Positions 1 to 13,968 of a stretch of DNA of 64,000 bases are shown one piece after another. The translations under genes and the position numbers were made by a program. A model generated the notes under the pieces. The model worked only from the letters and a program-made list of their open reading frames with translations. It ran no database searches and was not told the DNA's origin. Numbering within the stretch: position 1 is the stretch's first letter; each line of letters opens with the position of its first letter. Source of the stretch: Octopus sinensis (lineage: Eukaryota); the NCBI RefSeq assembly GCF_006345805.1, contig NW_021833976.1, positions 1,228-65,227 on the forward strand, in the 5' to 3' direction.

Positions 1-22
1 ACATACATCCATCCATAAATAT

Positions 23-430
23 GAGTGGCTGTGTGGTAAGTAGCTTGCTAACCAACCACATGGTCCCGGGTTCAGTCCCACTGCGTGGCATCTTGGGCAA
101 GTGTCTTCTGCTATAGCCCCGGGCCGACCAATGCCTTGTGAGTGGATTAGGTAGACGGAAACTGAAAGAAGCCTGTCGTATATATGTACATATATATAAG
201 TGTGTGTGTGTGTATATGTTTGTGTGTGTATATGTTTGTCCCCCTAGCATTGCTTGACAACCGATGCCGGTGTATTTACGTCCCCGTAACTTAGCGGTTC
301 GGCAAAAGAGACCGATAGAATAAGTACTGGGCTTACAAAGAATAAGTCCCGGGGTCGATTTGCTCGACTAAAGGCGGTGCTCCAGCATTGCCGCAGTCAA
401 ATGACTGAAACAAGTAAAAGAGTAAAAGAG
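23..430 (+). mobile_element. tRNA-derived SINE, working family A, near full length
   Basis: A-box-like TGGCTGTGTGG, B-box-like GGTTCAGTCCC, CORE/V-like CTTGGGCAAGTGTCTT, internal (TA)/(TG) tract, 3' (GTAAAAGA)n tail; 13 copies or fragments in window. Confidence 0.9.
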
Positions 431-468
<38 letters not shown>

Positions 469-1187
469 GTATGTATATACAACATAAACTCTTAATACAT
501 AATTGTGTATGCGTATACATATGTTTACACACACACATACACACACATATATGTATGTATAATCAAATTTTTTAATTGAAAATTTTAAAATTTTAATTGT
601 ACTTCATTAGTATGCTAGTTGAGAAATACGATGGACGCAATCATATTATCAGAGTGTTTTAAAGTAGGTGCTCATCCAGTGATTGATGTGCTACTTGTAG
701 AATGTCATAAACAGCATATTCTGATTGATCTCATAACTAACATTATAATACACACCGAAGAACTATAATCCATTAAGATTTCCTCTCCGTTTCTGCAATG
801 TGACTTTTAAAAAACATATGTGATTTCTAAACATGAAGAACAAAAGGCTAAAATGTTGAAAATATCTTCATCCTCTCTCTTGGTCGGAATGGGAATTACG
901 GTCACCAAAGGCAACGGACGGACGAAAATTATTCCAACTGAGACAGTCATTATCATGTGATCAGAATAACAACATAGAATTAAGACCGTGCTTTAAAGAA
1001 AGTATCATACTGTGTTTGTCACGAAGAAAACATAACTTAAAGTTACTTCGCTTGTAATATATATGTGTGTGTTGGTGAGCATTGTAATGTGAAAGTGTTT
1101 ATGTAATTGTGTGTTGTATGTTCATGTATACACGTATATACATATATGAACTGACATATATGTATGTAGATGCATAAAAATAATCTT

Positions 1188-1231
1188 TATATATATATTA
1201 TATATATATATATATATATTAATGTATGTTT

Positions 1232-1299
<68 letters not shown>

Positions 1300-1551
1300 A
1301 TATTATATATGTATATATGTTATATATGTATATATGTATATATATATATATTATATATATATGTATATATATATTTAACGAGGAGAGAGAGAGAGAGAGA
1401 TACACTGACAGAAAGAGAGAGACCACACACACACAGAATGAAAGAGAGAGGAATATATATTATTATAATGTATTATATAAATATATATATATATATATAT
1501 AAACATACCACACACTTACACACACACTTACACACACACACACACCACACT

Positions 1552-1602
<51 letters not shown>

Positions 1603-1800
1603 CTTAATACACAAACACACACACGCGCATACACACACATATATATACATATACTTATATACATACACACGCATGCGCGCACACACACACATATATATAC
1701 ATATACTTATATACGAACATACACACACACACGTATATATATATATGCATATTTGCTTATATACCCACACTCAGACACGTATAAATGATTACACACACAT
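1188..1800. repeat. Compound (TA)n/(GA)n/(CA)n microsatellite tract
   Basis: Dinucleotide runs; explains the YI/HT-rich ORFs at 1170-1788. Confidence 0.95.
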
Positions 1801-2489
1801 ACGTAAATATACACATTCACTTGAACTGTATAAAAGCACAGTTTCCGTAGGAAGCAAAGTGCTTTTTCAGTATTTTAATCAATTTGCCTTTTTATATTTT
1901 TCTTTTTCTTTTTTTTATCCGTTCATTCTCAACATCCTTTCTAATAACCAGCAAGCAAAGCAGTTCCAACTTTCTTTCCCGAATATCACAGCATCCAGTG
2001 CTACTTAACAAACAATTCTGCGGAATTGGTTAGTCTTTCTAAGTCGATTGCTTCGCTGCTAACTCAGCGGGGATTCCGTGATCTGCTTGTAGCTGGCTCA
2101 CCTGAGCAAGCCTGGGTTCCTCCTGTTAAAAGTCGGATATTATTTGATAGCGTAAATAGTAATTGTATGAAATCAAACATGAGGGGTTTGCGATTATATT
2201 TGTATAGGAAGCATAGGATGTTTTGAGTATATAGGAGACGGAAAATTGGTTCAACGATTAATGAAACATTGATAAACATGGTGGAGTTGTTGAAATAGCA
2301 TGGCAATACAGGGATAGAGGAAATAGTAGTTTGTGATTATATAGGCGGGAACATAATGCAAATTGATTGTAGTAGACGTGTATTTGGAGAAATATTTGCT
2401 GGTTACGATTGAGGTTGTGGATGAAAAGGCGATTTCATTGTCTCCAACTCAGCTTCGTGCCTATTCATACTTACGATTAGGGATTTTCT

Positions 2490-2800
2490 GTAATGATTGA
2501 AACAAAACGATCGTAAATACAAGAGGCCAAAACAGGGTTCCTACAAAGGGTTACTGCAGAAAATGCGTACCTCGGAGATCAGAGAATATTTTTAGTTGGA
2601 GACTCTCTCCGGATTGAGAAATCAACGTACGCTACCACGGATATGTGGATTGAATATCACAGGAAAGAATCGCAAGATAGTTTATCCAAGCCAAACCAAC
2701 CGGCAGGATACCAAGGGGTGGACGAAGAACGCGATGGTTCGATGATATGATATCCATGTTATCAGTTAGTCGCGCTTGGTGATCCAACCGTAAAATGTAG
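2490..2800 (+). mobile_element. Decayed RTE-clade LINE, 3' end of RT ORF
   Basis: Manual translation gives YHGYVD and QAKPTGRIPRGGRRTRWFDDM, matching the RTE C-terminal YGHV..R / G.RPRGRPR.RW.D motifs; stops and frameshifts. Confidence 0.65.
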
Positions 2801-2881
2801 CGAGATTACTTCACATAGACTTCACATAGACATATATAGGTAGACAGACAGACAGACCAATAGATTGATAGATATATAGCT

Positions 2882-2901
2882 ATATAGATAGATAGACATA
2901 C

Positions 2902-2980
<79 letters not shown>

Positions 2981-3247
2981 CAGATAGATGGATAGATAGA
3001 TAGATAGATAAGAAAAGACGGAGAGTTGGCAGAAACGTTAACTCGCCGGGCGAAACGCTTGGCGGTATTTCGTCTGCGTTACGTTGTGAGTTCAAATTCT
3101 GCCGAGGTCGACTTTGCCTTTCATCCTTTCGGGGTCGATAAATTAAGTACCAGTTACGCACTGGGGTCGATGTAATCGACTTAATACATATGTCTGTCTT
3201 TGTTTGTCCCCTCTGTGTTTAGCCCCTTGTGGGTAATAAAGAAATAG

Positions 3248-3305
<58 letters not shown>

Positions 3306-3325
3306 GATAGATAGATAGATAGCTG
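2882..3325. repeat. (GATA)n microsatellite split by a SINE-B insertion
   Basis: GATA runs at 2882-3012 and 3249-3325. Confidence 0.95.
3017..3248 (+). mobile_element. tRNA-derived SINE, working family B
   Basis: TGGCAGAAACG A box, GAGTTCAAATTC B box, central GCCTTTCATCCTTTCGGGGTCGATAAATTAAGTACCAG, tail GTAATAAAGAAATAG. Confidence 0.9.
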
Positions 3326-4097
3326 GATAGCTGGATGTGTGAGCGTTTGTAATTGCGGGTACATTGAGTGTATTTGTGTGTACAGCCAACGGGAGAAAGA
3401 GGAAAATAAGAAAACTTTGTGTGAGACGTAAAAATTCTGTTTGGTTTACGAGTCTCTAGGATTATATATCTAGACGTATATATTGCGATTATGAGAAAGA
3501 GTTGGATTTTAGGTGGAATGGAAAATGGAATGAAAGAGTGTTGGATAAGGAAGCGTTAGTGCACTTCGGACCTGAAAGTGTAGTGGTGTTAACGTTGTTG
3601 TTCTTTTTATTATTATTGGCGGTGACTGTTGTGGTGTTTGAGATGTCGGATGTCATATAAAATCCAATTTCCACAACAGTAAAAATGCCGTTAGCATCAC
3701 CAGAAATAATCATTATTGGATTATCGAGGAAACGGGAAGAAACGGTACTGAAACCAAAATTGAAGAGAGAGAAAAAAAATAAATAAATTGCCAAATATTA
3801 ATTTTTTTATTTTTTTTTTAAGGAAATACTTTTCTTAACTACAAACATGAAGATATCTCGAAGTGTTGGAAATAATGATAAGATGGCTCAAATTTTCTCG
3901 GTTCATTTCCGAGTAATATTTTAAAAAAAAAAGGAGATATATTTTTCTTCCTTCAAACGTTCTAAGAAATGAAAACCAATTTTGGGCAATTGTAAGTCTT
4001 ACCATAGCTGAATAATTGAATCACCCTACTCATTTTTATCATCGTAATCACTATCATTATCGCCATCGTCCACTTCGGCGTGATTATCATCGTCATC

Positions 4098-4135
<38 letters not shown>

Positions 4136-4234
4136 ACTGAATTGTAACAGTAGCAGTAGCAGGCCTAGTAGCAGCATTATAGCAAAGACGACAACGGCAA
4201 CGTGGACTGAGAAGCGTTAAGATCTCCAACGGTA

Positions 4235-4371
4235 GGCGCAGGAGTAGCTGTGTGGTAAGTAGCTCGCTTTCCAACCACATGGTTCCGGGTTCGGTCCCAC
4301 TGCGTGACACCTTGGGCAAATGTCTTCTACTATGGCCTCGAGTAAACAAAACCCATTACAGTGGATTCGGT
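4235..4371 (+). mobile_element. SINE-A 5' fragment
   Basis: Head and core only, truncated where the L1/Tx1 fragment begins. Confidence 0.85.
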
Positions 4372-5925
4372 AAACTCCCATTGTGAGGCTCGTCTTTCCG
4401 CAGCTCGTCTCCTTGCGAGAGCTGCAGTCCTATGTGAAGAAGAGATCGGGACCGGACGACTGCCATATAGAATGCGGTCAGACGCTCATAGCCTTCGACT
4501 AATCAGGCAATGGGATCGGCGGATGTTCCGCTAAAGAAATTTATAGTGGATTAGCGGCAGGGAAATGCGAAGACGTTCTCGGGGAGGCTCTGGGCGCCGA
4601 CGAGAACGAGTTGGTAAGTCTGTTCTGGGGAACTTTTCGGTCGGAACTATCATGAATAATTCCCAGATGTCCTTGGCCTGGCAGTGATACCAGAGGGTTC
4701 TACCGGTTCGATATGAACTCTTCAGGCACGGATGTGCTGTCAGATGGCCTTAACCGAGGTGCGTGCAGTGACGAAGCCGTTCTGCGCGCCCTCGTTCAGT
4801 GATAAGGCATTGCCGACATGTGGGACGGATCCGTCTGTCGGCCAACTCTGTAGTGATGATCGCATCTCCACCCTCCTTCAATCGGGCAGGCAAGGCAGTT
4901 CCCTTTGCCTGGTGGCTGTGGCGAAAGATGTTGTTTGGTGGACAAGACTGAAAGGCATGAGGACAGATACATTCCTCTTTTATTGAGCTCTCTTTGGCCT
5001 CTTCAATTTTCACTTGAAAAGGAAATTGAGAGCGGAGAGGGAGGTGCTGTCCACAGTTGAATTTACTGAAAGGTGGGTGAAAGTTGCGAAAATGGCAAGA
5101 GTGGATGGCTCCTGTCTAAGTGTAGACCTGTGAGAGGGCACTTACTCCTTGGGTTTCGGAGTAATCTCAGACAGTGAGGTTCCTGGATTATCCCTAGAGA
5201 CCTTGCCTTATCAGGAGAGCCACATGTCTATCATCCTCCCCGCCATTGTTCCTTTTTTTCACCTGTGTATACTATGCATATATCCCTTCTGTTTCAGTGC
5301 GTACCGTGTATACTTCATGTTTTATCATTTCCTTATCTTTATATATAAAAGAGAGGTTGTGTGAGTGTCTGTCTCCTACGATTTAGATTCCTAACTACGC
5401 CCACATTTTGCGGTGCAGTTTAACCAAAAGCGGGTATCTTATAGTCGTGATTCATATCGAGCCCTTCTGGGTATTAGCGCGCGTCTACGATGAGTCTACG
5501 ATTTAAAAAAAAAATTACCATCATTTTTTTTTCATTTTAATGCATTTTTTCGCTATTAAATAAGGGAAGTAACTCTCTAAAATTGTCTACGATGACTCTA
5601 CGATTTAAAAAAAAATTACCATCATTTTTTTCCATTTTAATGCATTTTTTCGCTATTAAATAAGGGAAGTAACTCTCTAAAAATGTCTACGATGAGTCAC
5701 CGATTTAAAAAAAAATTACCATAATTTTTTTCCCATTCTTAGTGCATTTTGTTTTGCTATTTTTTGGCTATAACTCTCTAAAAATGCTTATATAGTTATT
5801 TCCCTTACAAACCCGAGCAACGCCGGGCGATACTGCTAGTTATATATAAACTCCAACACTTTATGTCTGTCTCTGTATTGTCTTCCTCATCATTCGCCCT
5901 AGTGGAAAATAAATGAAATCATTAT
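4372..5925 (+). mobile_element. Decayed L1/Tx1-type LINE 3' portion (ORF2 C-terminal Cys-rich domain and 3' UTR), interrupted by a Helitron
   Basis: Translations SLAWQ*YQRVLPVRYELFRHG and LVAVAKDVVWWTRLKG; the UTR resumes after 5839 and ends in AATAAATGAAAT plus ATT-like repeats. Confidence 0.7.
5336..5839 (+). mobile_element. Non-autonomous Helitron
   Basis: A|TC start, 3' hairpin CCCGAGCAACGCCGGG then CTAG|T; ~85-bp internal tandem subrepeats; related copies at 26752 and 51823. Confidence 0.85.
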
Positions 5926-6907
5926 CATTATTGTTGTTGTTGTCGTTGTTGTTACTATTAATATCGTAATTTGTTTCAAACCATCTGAAACATATATTGA
6001 TTTGTTATGTCATTCATATCAAACGGTATGTTATTCACTTTGACATGGCAAGATTCATTAAAATCTTTCCTTAATTTTTTTCTAACTATTTCGTTGAAAT
6101 TTTTTACATCGATTTCCACACATCTATATATGGTTTCAAGTAGTCGACTGATTGTTTTCATAATTTAATTATTCTTAATTACTGCTTAATAAAATCGAGT
6201 GTCTACTCAAAAAGAACAAGCGACACACACACACACATACGGACACACACACTTCCAGACACACACACACACATTTATATATACACACATGGCCTCACAT
6301 AACCTAATTGAGTCAAGTTGATTCGGTACTAGATTTTCAGTATATATCATAAAACAGAATTAATAAAGCCCTATGAGAGACATTAGATGTACTAGAAATA
6401 GTACACTGTTGAACTCAATGGCGTGCAATAATTAGCATTAGCAGAAAATGAATGTCTCTACTTCTTAGAAAATATAACACTTGAAATACCACGCTGGTTA
6501 ATTAGAAAATGTTATAGGTACAATCGGTAGATCGTACGTTTTAGATGATGTTATTTTATGTGACGATCTGTTTTTTGGTACTTTTACTACTATTTAAATT
6601 AGTCATTAGAATACAGCCATGCTGGGGCGCCACTTTGAATTGTTTAGTGAAAGAAAATGTTGCCCCCAGGATAATTTTCTTTGGAAATCTGGCACGTTTT
6701 CTTTCACACACTCTGGGCCGAACTGCTAAGTTACGAAGATGTAAATATATTATCACCGATTGTCAAGCAATGGTAGGGAACAAGCAGAAGTGGAGACTCA
6801 TGCACACGTGCACACACGCACACATACACACAAACATATGTATGTATATATTATATATATATATAAAAAGTTGAGTAGTGGGGTATCGCACGAGTGGAAT
6901 TATATAG

Positions 6908-7099
6908 GAAAGAAGGTTTGAAAATGCAATTTAAAAGATGTTTATTTACTTAACCGGTTTCACTCTTTGGTAAAAGATTGTCAAAAGTAACATTTAATAA
7001 TATGGGTTATTCAATCTTACTTTTGACAATCTTTTACCAAAGAGTGAAACCGGTTAAGTAAATAAACATCTTTTAAATTGCATTTTCAAACCTTCTTTC
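6908..7099. repeat. Perfect 83-bp inverted repeat (fold-back) with 26-bp spacer, each arm carrying an HHR motif
   Basis: 6908-6990 is the exact reverse complement of 7017-7099; TA-rich flanks. Confidence 0.95.
7017..7061 (+). ncRNA. Type I hammerhead motif, U3-A8 core variant (family F6); mirror copy on - strand at 6946-6990
   Basis: Stem I TTACTT/AAGTAA, core TTGACAA, stem II TCTTT/AAAGA, GAAA, palindromic ACCGGT, predicted cleavage after 7055. Confidence 0.65.
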
Positions 7100-7119
7100 G
7101 TATATATATATATAATATA

Positions 7120-7161
<42 letters not shown>

Positions 7162-7171
7162 TATATATATG

Positions 7172-7213
<42 letters not shown>

Positions 7214-7224
7214 TGTATATGATG

Positions 7225-7370
7225 AGTCTCCTTTCATTTTTCGTCTAAAACATATCTTGACGTGGCTTTGATCGGTCAGTGGCTATAGTAGAATACACTT
7301 GCCCAAGTTGCCGCGTAATGGAACTGAACTCAGAACCATGTGGTTGATAAGCACAGTACATCCTACACAC
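7225..7370 (-). mobile_element. Degenerate SINE-A fragment
   Basis: ACACTTGCCCAAG and GAACTGAACTCAGAACCATGTGG match the reverse complement of the SINE-A head. Confidence 0.7.
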
Positions 7371-7765
7371 ACATTGTTCCAAAGACCTTTTTATAACTTA
7401 TTGACCATTCTATGCGTGAGGGAAATGTTCTAGAAATTTCAAATTACTGTACTTTGGACGTCGTATACCCGTGTCTACATTTCCAAAAAATGTCTTCTTG
7501 ATAGGACAAATACAATCATATAGGCAACATTCAAACAGCATTTCCATATGCATTTCCGCAAACAATTGAATAAAAGCATATTGCAACTAAACCTCAACAA
7601 AACAGCAGCAAAGAGATGACCAATTCTAAGTACACCAAACATTACTCTTAAAGATCATAAATTTCAACTTACTACTGACACAAATTCCATAACATGTATT
7701 CTCCAGAACCAACCAAGCACTATATTTTAAGGAATTACTATATGTTAGCATAATGCGGTATTATA

Positions 7766-7994
7766 GGCGGCGAGCTGGCAGAAACGTTAGCACGCCGGGC
7801 GAAATGCTTAGCGGTATTTCGTCTGCGTTACGTTGTGAGTTCAAAATCCGCCGAGGTAGACTTTGCCTTTCATCCTTTCGGGGTCGATAAATTAAGTACC
7901 AGTTACGCACTGGGTCGATGTAATCGACTTAATACCTATGTCTGTCCTTGTTTGTCCCCTCTGTGTTTAGCCCCTTGTGGGTAATAAAGAAATA
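7766..7994 (+). mobile_element. SINE-B, full length, with TSD GGTATTATA
   Basis: TSD at 7757-7765 and 7995-8003. Confidence 0.92.
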
Positions 7995-8453
7995 GGTATT
8001 ATAGAATTTCATCGCGTTCCAACTATGAAACTATACTTCTCAAATCTTATATTTTGCCAATACCATCAATCAAGCAATTAATATGCAATGAATAGCATCA
8101 CTCACAAATACATCAGTCTTAGTCTTGTTGACACATTTGATTTAAAATGCGCAGAAATTTCTCGTTATCCGCCACACCAGTTGCATGAATAATTCTTATC
8201 TTGTTAAGCAGATTGATAAGTGGATGGAATAAAATAAAACAATGACAGATCTAGGAAATTATTAATAGATTATATCCAGTGTTATATATGAGATGATATC
8301 AATCGCCATCCATCTATCAATCCATCCATTCATCTATCCATCTGTCCATCCATCCATAATACATACATATATATGTGCGTGGATTAGAGCATATGTGTGT
8401 GCGTGTGCATATGTGTTTGTGTGTGTGTGTGTATATGTGTTTGTGTGTGTGTG

Positions 8454-8492
<39 letters not shown>

Positions 8493-9997
8493 AAGGTGAT
8501 AGGATTTGGATATAATATATTTAGCGATTCCGACCTCTTTAATGTTTCATATTTAAAGATTTCTTATAAAAAGAAAAAAATGCCTACCTTATATATCAAA
8601 TATCTGAAAACCACTTGGATTTGAAACAGGTTTGGAAAGAGTGTATTTGCGAGTGGTCATGTGAGATGTCCTTTGTCATTTTAAATTTATATGTGTGTAT
8701 GGTTATATATGGATGCGTATATGTGGATGTGTATATGTGTGTGTATATATGTGTGTGCTATGAGTTTAGGAAAGTGTGTTTTCCTGCGATGGCAGGTCAC
8801 AGAGTCAAATTATTTCATGAATTATTTCATGAGTTACAAAATAATTCACTTAGTTATGGTGTGAAAGACATTTTTAGTTCAATTGCCTTGTTGGCCTGTG
8901 GCACAAAACAGAGTTTTATCGAGTTATTTGGGGTGGCTTTGAAATATCTGCGTGTCTCTAAATGAGTTTAAGTGACGCGTGTGAGGGAATATCTGTATGT
9001 GTGTGTATATGGGTGTTTTGTGCGTTTGCGTGCGCGTGTGTGCGTGTGTTTTTTGTTGTTGTGTAAGCGAATTTGTCCAGTTACTTTAGCAGTAGTCATT
9101 ACATCATTATTAATAATGACATGCAATGGCCATCTGGATTGGTTCATCTGCAGGACAATTATTTTCTAATCTTCTCACTATTACATTGCTTTAGATTAGA
9201 TAATACGTCGCATAAAAAGTAGTCCCATTGCCTTCTGGTATATTGGATAACCTTGGGGGTATTTGTAGAAAGGAAAGAAGTTGAATCTGCTGTTTCCGAA
9301 TATTTCCAGATGCTTCCTGAGAGGAGTTTACGTAATTCTTTTTGTATGATGGGTTGTCGGTGGATTCCTATACGTTGGCAAGAAGACTTGTAGGTTTCAA
9401 AAACAAATTTACTTTGCACAAGCTTTCAGCATATTACAATCTCCGTCTTGCAGTTCTTTTTTTTTGCATTTTTATTTGCAAGTCGAATCCACTTTAAAAT
9501 TTAATATGGGAACTTGTTTCCAAAGAGTTGATTTTTTTCTTGTTCTTCTTGCGTATTTTACATCTATTGTTCCGTATACCTTCACACAAAATACTAAATT
9601 GCCCTCTGATGCGAATGTTGCCCTTGTGAACTATCCTTTTTATATTTACAGTTTGTTGTGAGATTTTCCTCAACTAAATTTCTCATTTTGGGATTTTTAA
9701 AGGTAATTGTTGATTTGTTTTACTGTTTAAAAATACTACACGCCAGGAATGTGCGTACTCATAAACGGATCAGCATTTCCTTTAATTTTTTGTCCATAGT
9801 TGATCTCTGTTTTATGAAGTCTAGTTTTATTGCTTCTATAATTCAATTATTTATAAATTTTATGGAGGAACTGTATTGTTTGAGAAGTCTTTAAGCTCAC
9901 TGAGTCGAGTCTGATGTATTTTTGGTTCAACTACTATTGCACTAAATAGATACGTGTGTATGTACGTGTGCGTGTGTGTATTCCCGAAACACTTTTA

Positions 9998-10562
9998 GGA
10001 CCTTTTCGGTTTGAACGGTAGTTTTCAACATAATTTCTAGGTAACTAAAAAATTTTTAACTTCGTATACTGGTAGAATGTGTTTATAAAACATCTTTTTC
10101 TTTTGGCTTTATTGAGAAAATTCTATAGTTTGTAAGATATTAGTTGTTTTTTTTTCTGCAATTTCTGCAATTTCAACCAATCAAATACGCCTATTGAGGT
10201 AAAAAACATTCTGTGTCGTGTGAATAAGTCCCTCGTTTAAGAAACAGATTGGGTTTATTTACATTTGGGAAGAAAAAAAGATATACTTACCCCCACCCCT
10301 AACCCTAACCCTAAAACAGATTGAAATGCAATAGATCGATAATAGGGTCATAACTATGGGTGACAATAACTCTTTTTATTAACTAACAGATTGGGTTTAT
10401 TTACATTTGGGAAGAAAAAAGACATACTTACCCCCACTCCTAACCCTAACCCTAACCCTAAAATAGATTGAAATGCAATTGATCAATACTAGGGTTATAA
10501 TTATGGGTGACAATTTCATATGACACCGCTAGAAAAAACTGCCGTTCAAACCGGAAAGATCC
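9998..10562. mobile_element. MITE / non-autonomous DNA transposon with ~28-bp TIRs and 8-bp TSD (Merlin- or hAT-like), containing (CCCTAA)n
   Basis: TIRs GGACCTTTTCGGTTTGAACGGTAGTTTT / AAAACTGCCGTTCAAACCGGAAAGATCC; flanks CACTTTTA and CTCTTTTA (7/8 match); internal ~135-bp duplication. Confidence 0.8.
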
Positions 10563-10660
10563 CTCTTTTAATATTCGAGACAAGTATGTTCTACCATTCT
10601 GAAGTCCTAATGAATAACAAATATAGCCATTCCTACTATTCCCGAAAAGCTTGTATTGGT

Positions 10661-11095
10661 CTTTACTCTTTTACTCTTTTACTTGCTTCAGTCAATTGAC
10701 TGCGGCCATGCTGGAGCACCGCAAATCGACCCCGGGACTTATTCTTTGTAAGCCCAGTACTTATTCTATCGGTCTCTTTTGCCGAACCGCTAAGTAACGG
10801 GGACGTAAACACACCAGCATCGGTTGTCAAGCACTGCTAGGGGGACAAATACAGACACAAACACAACACACACACACACACACACCACCACACACACCAC
10901 ACCACACATTATAATATATATATATGTATATATACATATATACGACAGGCTTCTTTCAGTTTCCGTCTACCAAATCCACTCACAAGGCATTGGTCGGCCC
11001 GGGGCTATAGCAGAAGACACTTGCCCAAGATGCCACGCAGTGGGACTGAACCCGGAACCATGTGGTTAGTAAGCAAGCTACTTACCACACAGCCA
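10661..11095 (-). mobile_element. SINE-A
   Basis: Reverse complement of family A from tail (CTTTTACT)n to head. Confidence 0.9.
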
Positions 11096-11815
11096 GAGTC
11101 ATTTATGTATGCCTCATACTGTAAAAAGGAAAAAAAATAACATCAGAGTATACGCTGTGTATAAATTTATCCCGGAATAAAAAACAAAGTTTAAGAGATC
11201 GTACATTTATCATTACTGCATTTTTCATTTTCCTATGAATCATATATATTGTATGAGGACAATTACTAAAACACAACAATCAAATCGTGTTGTAAAAATT
11301 ACGCTGTTTTTATTAACTAATATAATTAAAGAAATCTTTAGAACTATAAAAAAATATAAACTCTTCTACGTTTTATTAATTGGCCAATTAATGGTAAATT
11401 GCTAAATTTTTTTTCGTTTCATTTTATTTCATTTTATTACAGTGCAGTGCGAAAATATAGGTGACTTCTAAAATTTTATCTTCCTGATTAATAATTATTT
11501 TAAGGTTTTCGTTGAACAATATATTTGGCAATCAAATATCCTGAAGCAACACTCAAAGAACGACATCTAAAACAATTGTATTATTATTATTATTTTTTTA
11601 AAGAAGTAATATGTTAGAGGTTTAAATTTTAGTGGTAAATAAATAAAATATATTCTTAGTAAGTGGAACAGAATGGCATTTATCATGGCATTTATAAACT
11701 TTTAAAATTCATATATAAAACTGAAATGCCTAAAAACGCCATCAATTTCTTCTGCTATTTGAAAACTATTTAAACATGCAAATCGGGAATGTAAGTAGAA
11801 AATTTTTACTTTAGC

Positions 11816-11856
<41 letters not shown>

Positions 11857-11912
11857 ATATATATAATATATATTATATATATATATATATATATTATTTA
11901 TATTATATTATC

Positions 11913-12310
11913 TCTTTTACTCGTTTGCTTGTTTCCACATTTTCAGTCGTTTGACTGCGGCCATGCTGGAGCACCGCCTTTAGTCGAGCAAATCGCACCG
12001 GGACTTATTCTTTGTAAGCCCAGTACTTATTCTATCGTCTCTTTTGCCGAACTGCTAAGTGACGGGGACGTAAACACACCAGCATCGGTTGTCAAGCAAT
12101 GCTAGAGGACAAACACAGACACATACACATATATATATACATATATACGACAGGCTTCTTTCAGTTTCCATCTACCAAATCCACTCACAAGGCATTGGTC
12201 GGCCCGGGGCTATAGCAGAAGACACTTGCAAGATGCCACGCATGGGACTGAACCCGGAACCATGTGGTTGGTTAACAAGCTCCTTACCACACACAGCCAC
12301 TCCTGCGCCT
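11913..12310 (-). mobile_element. SINE-A
   Basis: Full head ...ACAGCCACTCCTGCGCC and tail repeat. Confidence 0.9.
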
Positions 12311-12334
12311 ATGCATGCATATATTATATATATA

Positions 12335-12369
<35 letters not shown>

Positions 12370-12399
12370 CTATGTATATATATATATATATAGTATATC

Positions 12400-12440
<41 letters not shown>

Positions 12441-12566
12441 ACATATATATATATATTACTATATATATACATAATACATATATATATATATATTATATAT
12501 ATATATATATATTATAATATCAGTAAGACTAAGCATATATATATATATATCTATATATATATCTAT

Positions 12567-12890
12567 GTAATCAGTAAGACTAAGCACGTGTCTGTCTTGA
12601 CACAGAGAGCTGGGGTTAGTCTTGCGGTTTGCATCACGAGGACCGAATGTACTGAAAGATGACGGACACTTGAATTATGCAAGTAATTCTTTTGTTAAGA
12701 CCCGAAACCGAGGTATGCATTTAAGTCTGTTTTTTATTTAATTTTTCATATGTACTGCCCGCCAAAGTTTGTTCTGGTGTTCGCTGAATTCTTCCTCTAG
12801 AGAATTTCCCTTGTCGTTTGATCGTGATGATCATTCTTCTAGCATTCTGGCCGGCTACCTAGCGGCCAGCCCTGCCAATATACACACACA
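12567..12890 (+). mobile_element. Solo partial copy of HHR family F2 (Penelope-like/retrozyme), core degenerate
   Basis: Reverse complement of ~29310-29630; HHR frame at 12645-12722 with core read as CTGAAAG; TA-repeat flanks. Confidence 0.8.
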
Positions 12891-12893
12891 CAT

Positions 12894-12946
<53 letters not shown>

Positions 12947-13839
12947 CAATGTATTTGCTCACAAATGATAGCAGAATTCGGCTAAACTTCTAGTTGTGTT
13001 CCACTCAGTTCGCATTTCACACTGGGAATCTTATCTAAATATTTAACAGGAAATGTCCCGTACAGGTTATTGACTCCAATATATATCTTATTCTAGACTT
13101 TTCATTAGAAATTATCGTAAATATTTTTACAATTAAACTGAGATGCTTCAAAAATTGGAAAATTATATGCATTCGACGCGTTATTGTAATCACAAATGTG
13201 ATTTGAAATCCTTCATGAGTAAAATGTAGCATACGCAAAAATTGTCCTGTCACAGATACTGTCTAAACACGTGTTGATTAAAATCTATGATATAGAAAAT
13301 AGATTTGTGTAACACGTGGAATTTTCTGTTTTTACAAGTGTGAATATTAAATCCACTAACGCACAAAATGATAATTAATGAAACGTAAATTCGTATTAAT
13401 TAACCACTAGAATTGAGATGTTTACATTCACAAAAGGCAATGCTCTTAACTACTAATCGCATGGTCGACATGGATTTAAAGATGTATCATAAGAAAATAC
13501 TTAATGCCATATATGTTGTGGTTATATCGTTTTTACACGTCATTTTATAAACGCTGACTTTTAACTGTTTCTAACAGAACAGTTATCCCTACAACTTTGC
13601 AAATTCTTCATACATATAGGTGTGTCTATGTAGTTTGTATGCATCTATCTTTGTATCTATGTTTGTACGTATGTACCTATATATATATGTGTGCATGCCA
13701 TATCATATTTCATGTATATTTGTGATACCATAAATATCTACGTATTTATGTATTTATGTATGTAATTATATATGTATTTATGTATAAATACATACACGCA
13801 TGTACGTATATATATATATATATATAAACGGGGGGGGGT

Positions 13840-13968
13840 GCACCAGCCGAAATTTGCTATGATGATTCGGTGTCTGACTGAAGATTGAAGGCTTCGAACG
13901 ATTTGTCTGTGTTCCGTGTTCGTCCCTTCCTGTATTTCACGTTCATTATATATAAAAACATTCATTCT

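Noticed and set aside
9200-9900. Possible decayed LINE ORF1 / zinc-knuckle coding sequence
   Set aside because: Too many stops, and the motifs are too degenerate to support by eye
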